Below, piece after piece: positions 19,490 through 28,694 of a stretch of DNA of 64,000 nucleotides; position 1 is the stretch's first letter; every line of letters starts with the position of its first letter. A model generated the notes under the pieces. The model ran no database searches, had not been told where the DNA came from, and saw only the letters and a list, made by a program, of their open reading frames with translations. The stretch lies in IMG/VR virus record IMGVR_UViG_3300021962_000022; one strand, given 5' to 3'. Made by a program: the position numbers and the translations under genes. This DNA comes from a virus. Lineage: Duplodnaviria; Caudoviricetes.

Positions 19490-20029
19490 TTATTCTAAAT
19501 TTAAATCAATACGTGTTTTTTCTCCACTTGGATGTGAGTAAATTCCATGAGTTGGTTTCAACATGTAATTCATATTAGTTAGTTTTCTAACATAACGTGG
19601 TCCCATTCCTGGTTTTAAATATGCAATAGTTAAGTGAGGATGGTAATCAGGAAAATTATTGGTGTGTGGGAATTTTCTAAGTTCACCATTGGCATCATGT
19701 AAATTTGGTCCATTCACATCAAACTTTAAAACATCGTACATTTCATTTTGAAACAATGATGGGTTATGTACTCGACACGTGTTAAATGTAAACCCGTTTA
19801 ATGTGTTCTTTATATCATCTACTGTTACGTCGTCGTGGGTACCGAACAATAAAGTTGTGTGTGGTTCATTCTCTAAACCATATGAATCATCATACTCGTT
19901 AACATAGAGATGATTGGGGTCGATTAATTTATGGATGTGATTAATTTCAGGGAAATTAAAATATAACATAGTACAACCAAAGTCGTACCTCCTGTTTTGT
20001 GATTCTTTTAGTAACGACATAAACTTCAT
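19490..20029 (-). CDS. 2H phosphoesterase, T4 57B/Acb1-like
   Basis: Two HxT motifs: EPHTTLLFG and YHPHLTIAY. Confidence 0.75.
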   Translation of the reverse strand: MKFMSLLKESQNRRYDFGCTMLYFNFPEINHIHKLIDPNHLYVNEYDDSYGLENEPHTTLLFGTHDDVTVDDIKNTLNGFTFNTCRVHNPSLFQNEMYDVLKFDVNGPNLHDANGELRKFPHTNNFPDYHPHLTIAYLKPGMGPRYVRKLTNMNYMLKPTHGIYSHPSGEKTRIDLNLE

Positions 20030-20033
20030 AAAA

Positions 20034-21410
20034 TTATTTATCAGAATTTATGTTACCTTGGATGGACCATGTGAAATCTAATTTGACATCATTTTTAAAT
20101 AACGATGTATCCATCATATCGATATACTGGTTTGTTGAATATCCATTTTTACCTGTCATGGTTGATAACGCGTGACAGGACATACAATTGGTTTGCATAC
20201 CATACACAAAATCAGGTCTAAATTTATTAGGTAAACTGAAGACTTTTGGTCCGAATCCCCCTTCAAGATAAGGATTGAATGCTAAAATAGGTCTAGCATT
20301 GTCATCAGACCCACCTGTTACAGGTTGATTTGGCCAAACCATAGCATATGCCGTACTAACAGCGTAATGTGATGCCGCACCTTTAAGTTCTTTAGGTCTC
20401 AAACCCGCTTCAAATTTAGAACTTGGTGAAGGTGGATTCGACGGGTCAGGACACCAAAAATAAGTTTGCCATGTCCAATTCTTAAATTCTTTTGTTGTCA
20501 CATGCATTGCAACCAATAATACATAATCACCCTCGATAAATTGTCTACTTGGTGTAGTTCCAACGTCCTGATGACTATTAAGATAATCGGCACCCACTCT
20601 ATCAATTTTATAGTTAATGAAATCATTTACGTTACATGTTGCCGCTTTGATTTGTTCTTGTGTTGGGTTAGATGTGGTAACAGGAACTAATTTTTTATTT
20701 GGTTCTTGGTTGTTGTTAACATCAGCATATACCCACTGTTGCCATTCTGTGTATTTGAAAGCTTTGGCAGGATTTGGTGAGACCCAAACAGGTACTCTAA
20801 TTAAACCATTTTTACTTGGTACACCAGCATAATATGTTGGTTTAGTTGTGATTGATGTGTTAGGGAATTCAGGTACCGCACCAATACCATTTTTAACTGT
20901 ATATCCATTTAACACAGATTGATTAAACAATCTATTAGATGTTGCAAAGTGTGCCGCGGATGGGTCATAAGATACCGTCTCTAATACTGTAAAATTCGTA
21001 TCAACTTTCTGTCCTGCAAATAGTCTACCGTGAACAAATTGTTTTGGTATACTTAATTGTGTTCTATTTGTTTTCTCAACATCACTTGATACTTGACCTT
21101 GAGCAGACATCGCGGCCAATTCTTGAACACCCATCCAAGTTTCAAAAACCAATAGGGGTTGTCCATTATATTTTTGTTTTGTTGGTTCTGTTAAACCAGC
21201 CCAAATACCCCAAGCGTGACTTACGATACTTGTTGTATCTTGATTTTCTAACCAAGTATAAATTTTGTTAGAATCTTCTGGGAAGTTAAAATCTTTAATA
21301 CCCAAATGTGTTGGAAACTCCGCGGGTTTAATTGTGTTACTTGTATCAGAACAAGAATAAATTAGGGTAAATAATCCTAAAATTACTAATAGTGTTTTTG
21401 TTAATTTCAT
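20034..21410 (-). CDS. Lipoprotein with C-terminal CxxCH heme-c motif
   Basis: Signal ending LIYSC; NWTWQTYFW; TNCMSCH. Confidence 0.65.
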   Translation of the reverse strand: MKLTKTLLVILGLFTLIYSCSDTSNTIKPAEFPTHLGIKDFNFPEDSNKIYTWLENQDTTSIVSHAWGIWAGLTEPTKQKYNGQPLLVFETWMGVQELAAMSAQGQVSSDVEKTNRTQLSIPKQFVHGRLFAGQKVDTNFTVLETVSYDPSAAHFATSNRLFNQSVLNGYTVKNGIGAVPEFPNTSITTKPTYYAGVPSKNGLIRVPVWVSPNPAKAFKYTEWQQWVYADVNNNQEPNKKLVPVTTSNPTQEQIKAATCNVNDFINYKIDRVGADYLNSHQDVGTTPSRQFIEGDYVLLVAMHVTTKEFKNWTWQTYFWCPDPSNPPSPSSKFEAGLRPKELKGAASHYAVSTAYAMVWPNQPVTGGSDDNARPILAFNPYLEGGFGPKVFSLPNKFRPDFVYGMQTNCMSCHALSTMTGKNGYSTNQYIDMMDTSLFKNDVKLDFTWSIQGNINSDK

Positions 21411-21673
21411 TTTTGGTTGTTTTTATTTTCTTTTATTATAAACTTATTTATTTCGTGAAGAACTTCGGTAGAATCAAATCTTGGTGAGTAGACCACATCC
21501 CATATACTTCTATATTTTTCACCGGGATATAATCTACACTGTGCCCATTTTTTTCCATTCTCAAAATCAATCACGGACCACAATAACGGTTTTGTTAGAG
21601 TAGGTGAATTCAATTTTCTAATATTAATCAGTAATAACTTAAATAAATTTTTTAATTTTTTAAATAACTTCAT
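21407..21673 (-). CDS. Hypothetical protein
   Basis: 88-aa ORF coupled to neighbours. Confidence 0.6.
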   Translation of the reverse strand: MKLFKKLKNLFKLLLINIRKLNSPTLTKPLLWSVIDFENGKKWAQCRLYPGEKYRSIWDVVYSPRFDSTEVLHEINKFIIKENKNNQK

Positions 21674-21825
21674 ATATTTTTAGGTGTATATCCAATTACG
21701 AATTGGTAATTAAACCAACCGATTATTAATTCATAGTCTCCATTTAACCATTTATTGTGTGTGACCTTAATGTAAGGTAAAATATATGTTTGGTACATGA
21801 CTTTGTCAATACTAATTTTCATCAT
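21670..21825 (-). CDS. Small hypothetical protein (51 aa)
   Basis: Read manually: MMKISIDKVMYQTYILPYIKVTHNKWLNG...; TGA overlaps next ATG. Confidence 0.6.
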   Translation of the reverse strand: MMKISIDKVMYQTYILPYIKVTHNKWLNGDYELIIGWFNYQFVIGYTPKNI

Positions 21826-21832
21826 ATCTTAA

Positions 21833-22102
21833 TTACTTAGTGGTGCTTTTATTGATGGGTGTGATTCCTAACTCTTTAAGTTGTTTTTTTGATAAAGGTT
21901 TAATTGGTTTAGGTTCTACAAACTTTTGATATGTTCTTTTAATAGGGTCTTTCTTAAAAAAATAACCTGTTACATCTACATAACGAAGTAGTTCTTTATC
22001 ACCTTCAATTGTAGTTGTTCCATTTGATGCTTTAAGCATAACAATTTTGTATCCGAATTTATTGGATAACCATTTGATAAATTTTACGTGTAGTCTTTTC
22101 AT
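21833..22102 (-). CDS. Hypothetical protein
   Basis: 89-aa basic ORF. Confidence 0.65.
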   Translation of the reverse strand: MKRLHVKFIKWLSNKFGYKIVMLKASNGTTTIEGDKELLRYVDVTGYFFKKDPIKRTYQKFVEPKPIKPLSKKQLKELGITPINKSTTK

Positions 22103-22115
22103 AATTTTATATTTT

Positions 22116-23414
22116 TTAATTTGATAAAGGTGCTTTAATTGATGGGTGTGATTGGTATCCTTCCACCGAAAAATCCTCTGTATTTAAATGTCCGAACAAC
22201 GATGTTGACTCAGATAATGATTTGTAAAATTCATCAGTTTTACCGTGAACTAATTTAGGTAACTGAAAAGGTTGTCTTGTACGATTTGGTATTTTATAAA
22301 TTTCATAGTATTCGGACATACCTCCACCAAATGGTGCCAAGTCATTTAACGCGTCTCTGTACCCTTTTGGTCCCATCGCATTCTTTAACATTTCTTCTCT
22401 TTCTTCAAAAGTATATCTACGACCTATTTGTTCTTTTGCCTGTTCAATATGATTTGAATACAGGTGTACATCACCCAAGTTACCAATCAATTCATCAGGA
22501 ACCATGTTTACTTCTTTAGCAATGATTTCAAGTAATAAACCGTATGATGCTATGTTGAATGGTAAACCAAGAAATGTATCTACTGAACGTTGATTCCACA
22601 TTAAAGAGATTGTTCTAGTTGGAATATTTTCCCAATCAATTTTAGTATCACTTCCTTTTAGTGCTTGATGTAAGTTATTCTTTAGGTATTGCATATCTCT
22701 AATTTCATTTCTTTCATCTTCACTCAACTCTCTTGTATAAACTTGAAATCCATAATGACAGGGTGGTAAAGTCATTTTATCCAATTCACCTACATTCCAA
22801 GCATTAACCATTAATCGTCTTGAGTCTGGATTTGTTTTAAGGTCGTTGATTAGATTCCAGATTTGGTCTTTACCAACTAAATAATCTTTATGTTGTTCAA
22901 CTCCATTTACCACTTTCAAAATATCGTGCTGTCCTTCGTGGAAACCCATCCAGTTTCTCCATTGTTTACCATAAATTGGTCCTAACTCACCCCATTTCTT
23001 AGCAAACTCATCATCGGTTTTGATTTTGTCAATGAATTCTTCTATTGTAAATGGTTCAGTTAATGTTCTATTTTTCTTAGAATTCTCTAATAATTTGGTT
23101 TTACCAACATATTCACCTTTATTATATCTTTTAATATAGGCTTGATAAGCATCACCATCCCAAATATGACAACCATTATCAACAAGATATTTGATGTTGG
23201 TGTCACCTTTTAAAAACCATAGTAATTCAGTCACCATTGTCTTCCAGGCCATTTTCTTGGTTGTAAGTAACGGAAATCCCTCACTCATTTTATGACGTAT
23301 TTGTCTACCAAATACCGAAATGGTACCTGTACCTGTTCTATCTTTTTTCTCTATACCATTATCCAAGATATCTTGAAGTAACTTTTGGTATTGTATATCA
23401 ATGTTATTCATCAT
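22116..23414 (-). CDS. thyA: Thymidylate synthase with large insertions
   Basis: DRTGTGT, ELLWF, LGPIYGKQWR, LPPCH, NQRSVDTFLGLPFNIASY, GDVHLY. Confidence 0.96.
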   Translation of the reverse strand: MMNNIDIQYQKLLQDILDNGIEKKDRTGTGTISVFGRQIRHKMSEGFPLLTTKKMAWKTMVTELLWFLKGDTNIKYLVDNGCHIWDGDAYQAYIKRYNKGEYVGKTKLLENSKKNRTLTEPFTIEEFIDKIKTDDEFAKKWGELGPIYGKQWRNWMGFHEGQHDILKVVNGVEQHKDYLVGKDQIWNLINDLKTNPDSRRLMVNAWNVGELDKMTLPPCHYGFQVYTRELSEDERNEIRDMQYLKNNLHQALKGSDTKIDWENIPTRTISLMWNQRSVDTFLGLPFNIASYGLLLEIIAKEVNMVPDELIGNLGDVHLYSNHIEQAKEQIGRRYTFEEREEMLKNAMGPKGYRDALNDLAPFGGGMSEYYEIYKIPNRTRQPFQLPKLVHGKTDEFYKSLSESTSLFGHLNTEDFSVEGYQSHPSIKAPLSN

Positions 23415-24028
23415 TCAAATGTTTGTATTTTAGCATCTACTTCTTTTAATTCTGACCATGTTCCAAGATATGTGATTGCCCTAACTTTCCTGTTATCAAT
23501 CCACACATACTCTTGTCCGTCTTTGATTCTTGGTTTGTCCATAACCAATCCATGGTATTTAAAACCTTTTTCTTTTAACCACGTTTCGGTAACTTCTCTG
23601 TCCTTACTCTCACGTGCGGTAAAGAAGGTAATGATATGACCTTCATCATACCATTTATTGATTATATCCAATGCTTTTGGGAAATGATTTGCATTTGGGT
23701 ACAAATGTGATTCTTCGTTCTTTATATCATCACAAACTGTACCGTCAATATCAATTAAAAATACTTTACTCACCGGTTTTTGATTTAATATCAAATGGGC
23801 AACCGTACTGTGAGTTGTCTCACCTTGTTCCGTTGAAAAACAATGTGGTTCTATTTTATATTCTACAATATCCCCTGATTTAATATCATATTCACCACTC
23901 TCAATTTTATCAACAGATTCTTTTGATAATACGATTGATGAAGAACTTTCATCATTATTAATAAACCAACCTTCTACACTGTTGTAGAAATATGGGTCAG
24001 CGGTTTGATATTTTATTTTACCTTTCAT
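23411..24028 (-). CDS. HAD phosphatase (PseT-like C-terminal domain) with N-terminal extension
   Basis: FLIDIDGTVCD, FFTAR, MDKPR, WIDN. Confidence 0.78.
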   Translation of the reverse strand: MKGKIKYQTADPYFYNSVEGWFINNDESSSSIVLSKESVDKIESGEYDIKSGDIVEYKIEPHCFSTEQGETTHSTVAHLILNQKPVSKVFLIDIDGTVCDDIKNEESHLYPNANHFPKALDIINKWYDEGHIITFFTARESKDREVTETWLKEKGFKYHGLVMDKPRIKDGQEYVWIDNRKVRAITYLGTWSELKEVDAKIQTFE

Positions 24029-24428
24029 TAATTCTTAACCATTTATTTTCCGAATTTAATGTGAATCCACCTAAAAAACAATCTTGTTTATTCCATTCAT
24101 TTGGTGAAAGTAGACTTAATGTCTTAACCTCATTAAAATTGTATAGGTAATATGTTTTACCAACTATTGGTTCAAAGGGTATTTTAGATTCCCATACCAT
24201 CAATGAGTCATTAAATTCTTTACTTAATTTTTCCGCCCTTATTATTAATTCTTCTCTTTCTCTTTCAAAAACTGACATCATTTTTTTAGATGCCTCGGTT
24301 CTTATTAAAGAAACATTTGGAAGTTGGAAAGATGGTGCTCCAATGTTTGTTGGGTATTCTTTTATATTTGAATTATAACCGTTTTCTTCATCCCAAACAA
24401 CCAAATCCGGTTTCTTTTTCTCGTTCAT
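24018..24428 (-). CDS. DUF2452-family protein
   Basis: YPTNIGAPSF, FEPIVGKTYYLY, LLSPNEW. Confidence 0.75.
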   Translation of the reverse strand: MNEKKKPDLVVWDEENGYNSNIKEYPTNIGAPSFQLPNVSLIRTEASKKMMSVFEREREELIIRAEKLSKEFNDSLMVWESKIPFEPIVGKTYYLYNFNEVKTLSLLSPNEWNKQDCFLGGFTLNSENKWLRINER

Positions 24429-24838
24429 TATTCAGTAGGTTGTGTATCAATTAATTTTTGTATTCGGCTTCTACCTTTTTCACCGATTGGAACGGGGTTA
24501 CCTTCTTCATCTATACGAACAAATCTGATGTTTGTTTTTAAAATAACAACCTGATTACCTGTGTATACATTATGTGCTCTCGCTTCCATGTACAAAGTAA
24601 CCGAGGTGTTACCTAATTTACTCGGTAATCCGTAAATTTTTATTAATTGACCTTCCTTAGCTGGTTTTTCAAAATAACATTTATCTATTGAAACTGTAAC
24701 CATTCTTGGTGAATCACACAACTGCATCGAATATCCCGCAGCCGCAGCATCAATCCAAGCGAGTAACTTCCCACCGAATAAATTTCCGTGAAATCCTAAG
24801 TCAGATTTTTTTATTGGGTGGGAATTTAGAAACTCCAT
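24428..24838 (-). CDS. Acyl-CoA thioesterase (HotDog fold)
   Basis: HGNLFGGKLLAWIDAAA, VTVSID, GNTSV, FVRIDEEGNPVP. Confidence 0.9.
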   Translation of the reverse strand: MEFLNSHPIKKSDLGFHGNLFGGKLLAWIDAAAAGYSMQLCDSPRMVTVSIDKCYFEKPAKEGQLIKIYGLPSKLGNTSVTLYMEARAHNVYTGNQVVILKTNIRFVRIDEEGNPVPIGEKGRSRIQKLIDTQPTE

Positions 24839-25008
24839 TATTCAAATATTATTTCTTCTCTTGTAATGTATTCTTTTAATGCGTTTTCAGCTTCAATTTT
24901 CGTGTTATAGTAACCAATAACTTGGTCAAATTCTGTTGGGTCAGAAACACCGAATTGACCATTCAATGTTTCAAATACAAATGTGTCTAAAATTTGTTGG
25001 TTTATCAT
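24838..25008 (-). CDS. Small hypothetical protein (56 aa)
   Basis: Read manually: MINQQILDTFVFETLNGQFG...; TAATG overlap. Confidence 0.6.
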   Translation of the reverse strand: MINQQILDTFVFETLNGQFGVSDPTEFDQVIGYYNTKIEAENALKEYITREEIIFE

Positions 25009-25009
25009 T

Positions 25010-25162
25010 TTAATCGTTTTTAACTTGGTTTTTATTTTCGGTTTCAGTTTTTTTCGACTCTTCTAATTTTTTAAAAAGATTAATCAACGTTGATTCTTCT
25101 CTTTTTAGTCTTTGATTACGAGCTTGAACTTTTTTTCTATGTTCCTTATCTTTTTTTCCCAT
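25010..25162 (-). CDS. Small basic protein (50 aa)
   Basis: Read manually: MGKKDKEHRKKVQARNQRLK... Confidence 0.6.
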   Translation of the reverse strand: MGKKDKEHRKKVQARNQRLKREESTLINLFKKLEESKKTETENKNQVKND

Positions 25163-25174
25163 AAATTTTAATTT

Positions 25175-26305
25175 TTATTCTTCGTCTTTTCTATAATTTT
25201 CCAATAGTTCGTCATTTGAAAGTGCTCCGTATTTTGATGCAATACTTTCAACATCAACTTCGACGTTCATCATGTGAATTGTATTATTTAATTCTTCTGC
25301 CAATCTTAAAGTATCTGAAATAACTTTTACAATTCTATATGGGTCAGCGTGAGATGCTGGTCTTCTATCCTCAAGATATCCCACCCAAGTATCTGCAACC
25401 GATTTAGGGACCCTAATCGACGCTCCTCTGTCTGAGAATCCCCAACTAAATGTGTCAATTGACTGTGTTTCAAATTTACCTGTTAATCGTAAATGATTAT
25501 CGGAACCATAATTTTCAATATGTTCTTTGGTTCTTGATTCAAACGCCCTAAAAATCGAATTGAAGTATTCTTCTCCACCCGTAGTTCTCATTTTTTCATT
25601 TGAGAAGTTGGTATGCATTCCTGAACCGTTCCATTCACCGTGTTGAATTGGTTTAGGGTGTAACTCAATTTGATAACCGTACTTTTCAGCAATTAGAAAC
25701 AAGAAGTATCGTGACATCCACAAATCATCTGATGCTTTAAGTTTACCCTTTTCAAAAATTTGGTATTCCCATTGTCCCATGGCAACTTCCGCATTCGTTC
25801 CCTCGATGTTTATGTTATATTTCAAACACATATTCAAATGGTCTGTACTTACTTCTCTACCATACATTTGACCACCGACACCACAATAATACTTACCTTG
25901 TGGGTCAATCATTGTTCCTGAATCAAACCCCAATATATTTTTGTTATGTCCTGAACGTATAAAGTATTCTTGTTCGAGTCCTACCCAAAAATTTGTATCC
26001 TCTTTACCAACTTTCGCTCGAGTATTTGACTCGTGAATTTGATTATTACCATCTAAAACTTCGCACAACACATATATTGTATCACTGTAATTCTCTGTTG
26101 CATAAAATCTAACAGGTTTCAAATAACAATCTGAGAAATTACCTTCAGCTTGTTTTGTTGAACTGCCATCAAAACCCCAATTAGGAAAGTCGGAAATATT
26201 TAATTCACTTACTGATTTGTTTAAATCAATTATTTTAATTTTACTTCTAAGGTTTGGTTCTGGTGTATACCCATCTAACCAAACATACTCTACTATTCTT
26301 TTCAT
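25175..26305 (-). CDS. glnII: Glutamine synthetase type II
   Basis: YVWLDG, WGFDGSST, EQEY, NAEVAMGQWEYQI, WNGSGMHTNFS, RGASIR, GYLEDRRP. Confidence 0.93.
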   Translation of the reverse strand: MKRIVEYVWLDGYTPEPNLRSKIKIIDLNKSVSELNISDFPNWGFDGSSTKQAEGNFSDCYLKPVRFYATENYSDTIYVLCEVLDGNNQIHESNTRAKVGKEDTNFWVGLEQEYFIRSGHNKNILGFDSGTMIDPQGKYYCGVGGQMYGREVSTDHLNMCLKYNINIEGTNAEVAMGQWEYQIFEKGKLKASDDLWMSRYFLFLIAEKYGYQIELHPKPIQHGEWNGSGMHTNFSNEKMRTTGGEEYFNSIFRAFESRTKEHIENYGSDNHLRLTGKFETQSIDTFSWGFSDRGASIRVPKSVADTWVGYLEDRRPASHADPYRIVKVISDTLRLAEELNNTIHMMNVEVDVESIASKYGALSNDELLENYRKDEE

Positions 26306-26514
26306 TTTTTATAATATATATTTTTTTGTGCTTGGACACCAATCATGAAAATTAAAAACCTTAAACTAAAACCAATAGATGGTGAGGTAAGACCGGTTTC
26401 AAAAAATTCATATTTGTTATAAGAAAAAATTGGTGTCGGTAATAAAAACCAATGGTGTTTTTTCTTTATTATAAAGAAATCAATAAAATATTTTTTTTCT
26501 TTTTGATTACCCAT
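26302..26514 (-). CDS. Hypothetical protein
   Basis: 70-aa ORF coupled to glnII. Confidence 0.6.
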   Translation of the reverse strand: MGNQKEKKYFIDFFIIKKKHHWFLLPTPIFSYNKYEFFETGLTSPSIGFSLRFLIFMIGVQAQKNIYYKK

Positions 26515-26680
26515 TTTTCTTCTTTTTTAAATAGTCCAAAACGATGTTGAACGAACCCAACGAAATTATACCAAAACCAAAATACTTTTCAAGGTCGGGG
26601 TTAGTTGTGTTCATACCGTATCTCTCAATTAGGATTCCCGTTAGAATCATCATCACGTAGATTATTGTCCGTATATTCAT
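26507..26680 (-). CDS. Small two-helix membrane protein (57 aa)
   Basis: Read manually: MNIRTIIYVMMILTGILIERYG... Confidence 0.55.
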   Translation of the reverse strand: MNIRTIIYVMMILTGILIERYGMNTTNPDLEKYFGFGIISLGSFNIVLDYLKKKKNG

Positions 26681-26870
26681 ATGTTTTTAAATGTTGTATC
26701 GATTTATACAAAGAATGTGTTTCCATCAAATTGAAAACACCTGAATTTAATGCGTGTTCTAACCCAATTTCAATAATTTGAATTGACATTTTTAGATTTA
26801 AATTATCTAAAACTAATTCCAATTCTTCCGTACTATCAAAATTCAATTGATTATTAAACAGTGCTTTCAT
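26625..26870 (-). CDS. Hypothetical protein
   Basis: 81-aa ORF behind a sigma-70-like promoter. Confidence 0.65.
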   Translation of the reverse strand: MKALFNNQLNFDSTEELELVLDNLNLKMSIQIIEIGLEHALNSGVFNLMETHSLYKSIQHLKTYEYTDNNLRDDDSNGNPN

Positions 26871-26878
26871 GGTAATAA

Positions 26879-26916
26879 AATATAATAAAGAAATACGATA
26901 AAGTCAAATATTTATA
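26879..26916. promoter_or_regulatory. Back-to-back promoters
   Basis: Minus: TTGACT-N17-TATATT (26907-26879); plus: TATTTATA (26909-26916). Confidence 0.65.
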
Positions 26917-26921
26917 GAAAT

Positions 26922-27290
26922 ATGTCAGTGATTATAAACAATAATAGATTTCCCGCCGAGTATTTATCGGGCCCTGAAGAAATAAGTAAAGGTATGATGG
27001 GAAGAGATAAATTAGACGGTTGTATGGTCTTTAATATGGGTAATATTGGTCACCATTCTTTTTGGATGAAAAACTGTCTAATTCCCTTGGATATTGTTTT
27101 TGTTTTAAAGAATAAAATAAGTAGGATACACCGAAATTGTGAACCTGCGGGGCAGAATGAGTTAAACCCAAAAAGATACACGGGTATTGCTGACCATGTA
27201 ATAGAATTTCCGGTAGGTGTGACCTCGAACTTTAAAGAAGGTGACCGAGTTAATATGTACTTAGGTACACCACTTAACCCTATGGTTTAA
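26922..27290 (+). CDS. DUF192-family protein
   Basis: KGMMGR, GCMVF, FWMKNCLIPLDIVF, HVIEF. Confidence 0.88.
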   Translation: MSVIINNNRFPAEYLSGPEEISKGMMGRDKLDGCMVFNMGNIGHHSFWMKNCLIPLDIVFVLKNKISRIHRNCEPAGQNELNPKRYTGIADHVIEFPVGVTSNFKEGDRVNMYLGTPLNPMV

Positions 27291-28141
27291 TTTTCTTCTT
27301 CAAACAATAATAATTGTTTCTTTTGATTATCGTAATCGATTAATCTTTGTTGAGATATCTTAGCATAGTTCTCAGATAATTCAAACCCAATATAGTTTCT
27401 ATCTAATTTCTTGGCGGCTAGTGCAGTTGTACCACTACCCGAAAAACAATCAACAACTAAATCATTTTTGTAAGATAGGATTTTTATCGCTTTCATTGGG
27501 ATGTCCATTGAGAAGGTTGCTTTGGTTAATGACTTGGTATCATTAAAATATTTCCATTGACCAAAAACTAATTCCATGAATTCACTCTTGTCTTTATCTG
27601 AATAAACCCTTTTGTTTTTGATAACACCCTCTTCATTTTCCATTTCAACCTCATTATATGACCATTGAGAAATACCCTTTTCTTTTTTCTTATAATCCTT
27701 CTTATATGCAAGAATTACACATTCTTTTGGATTATATATGTAAGGTGATGAAGGTGACATCCATGAACCCCATGCGGTTGTTTTTGAACGGTGTGGTGAG
27801 TCTTCTTCCAAATCAACAACACCAAAAAATCCAAAACCAATTTCTTTCATCATCTGCCAGTATTCGGAAACCAAAAAGATTCTACCACCTCTTTCTCTCA
27901 CATTGATTTCATAAGGAATGTTCAGAGCGATTCTTCCATCATCTTTTAACGTTCTATAAACTTCAGATAACCATTTCTTACACCAAGCAAGATAATCTTC
28001 CATTGGTTCGTCATCTTTGTGAACATCGTAACTAATACCCACATTGTACGGTGGACTTGTTACATACAGGTCAACCACGTTGTTATTCAACTCTTTAAAA
28101 AGTTCTAAACAATCTCCTTGATAAATTTTATTCGTTTCCAT
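27287..28141 (-). CDS. Beta-class N4-C/N6-A DNA methyltransferase (orphan)
   Basis: GDCLE, VTSPPYN precedes VVDCFSGSGTT; start at ATG 28141. Confidence 0.92.
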   Translation of the reverse strand: METNKIYQGDCLELFKELNNNVVDLYVTSPPYNVGISYDVHKDDEPMEDYLAWCKKWLSEVYRTLKDDGRIALNIPYEINVRERGGRIFLVSEYWQMMKEIGFGFFGVVDLEEDSPHRSKTTAWGSWMSPSSPYIYNPKECVILAYKKDYKKKEKGISQWSYNEVEMENEEGVIKNKRVYSDKDKSEFMELVFGQWKYFNDTKSLTKATFSMDIPMKAIKILSYKNDLVVDCFSGSGTTALAAKKLDRNYIGFELSENYAKISQQRLIDYDNQKKQLLLFEEEN

Positions 28142-28213
28142 TGACAAATTCTTTTTTGTTTACTATCATTACAAATGATAACGAATAAAAAACAATAAAC
28201 CAAAATATTTATA
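28141..28213. promoter_or_regulatory. Divergent promoter region with inverted repeat
   Basis: Plus TTGACA-N17-TATCAT (28141-28169); IR TATCATT-ACA-AATGATA; TATTTATA at 28206-28213. Confidence 0.6.
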
Positions 28214-28228
28214 AAAAAACTTAAAATC

Positions 28229-28417
28229 ATGGGATGCGGATGTAAAAAAAGAAATCAACCTGTTAGTAATCCAACAGTAAACATTCAATTAACTGAGGGT
28301 AGTTCTTCAACTTCACCTCAAGAAATTAGTATTATGGAGCAACAAATCGACCAAATCATTAAAAAGGTTGAGGAGATTAACAATCAAACAAACGAAGAAA
28401 ACACTGAAGGACAATAA
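28229..28417 (+). CDS. Small protein with Cys-rich N-terminus
   Basis: MGCGCKKR..., acidic helix. Confidence 0.7.
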   Translation: MGCGCKKRNQPVSNPTVNIQLTEGSSSTSPQEISIMEQQIDQIIKKVEEINNQTNEENTEGQ

Positions 28418-28420
28418 ATA

Positions 28421-28457
28421 ATATCGGACAGTCTTATAAATTGTCCGATATTTTTTG
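28421..28457 (+). terminator. 10-bp inverted repeat (terminator or operator)
   Basis: ATATCGGACA-N11-TGTCCGATAT followed by a T run. Confidence 0.6.
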
Positions 28458-28493
28458 TCTTTTATAATATATATAAATTTATATACTTATATT

Positions 28494-28694
28494 ATGCCTA
28501 AACAACAAACAAAACTGACAAGTGTTAATATTATAGACGATGTTTATAAGAGATTCAAGATTAAAACAATTGATGGGTCGATTAACTTACAAAAATTAGT
28601 AAACAGGTCTCTCGACCTTTATAACTCAAGAGAAGATTTTAGAAAACAAATAGATAATCACAATGGTTTGGCACCAAATGGTTCTAAATTTTAA
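28494..28694 (+). CDS. Ribbon-helix-helix-like DNA-binding protein
   Basis: KLTSVNI strand, helix DDVYKRFK, helix LQKLVNRSLDLY; ATG 28494. Confidence 0.6.
   Translation: MPKQQTKLTSVNIIDDVYKRFKIKTIDGSINLQKLVNRSLDLYNSREDFRKQIDNHNGLAPNGSKF

Noticed and set aside
22116-23414. dCMP hydroxymethylase (base-modification pathway) or intron/intein in thyA
   Set aside because: PFNIASY keeps the dUMP-specific Asn; the frame is continuous with no intein termini or homing-nuclease motifs.
28164-28180. Fur box
   Set aside because: TATCATT-ACA-AATGATA has Fur-like half-sites in the wrong orientation and spacing for the 7-1-7 consensus.
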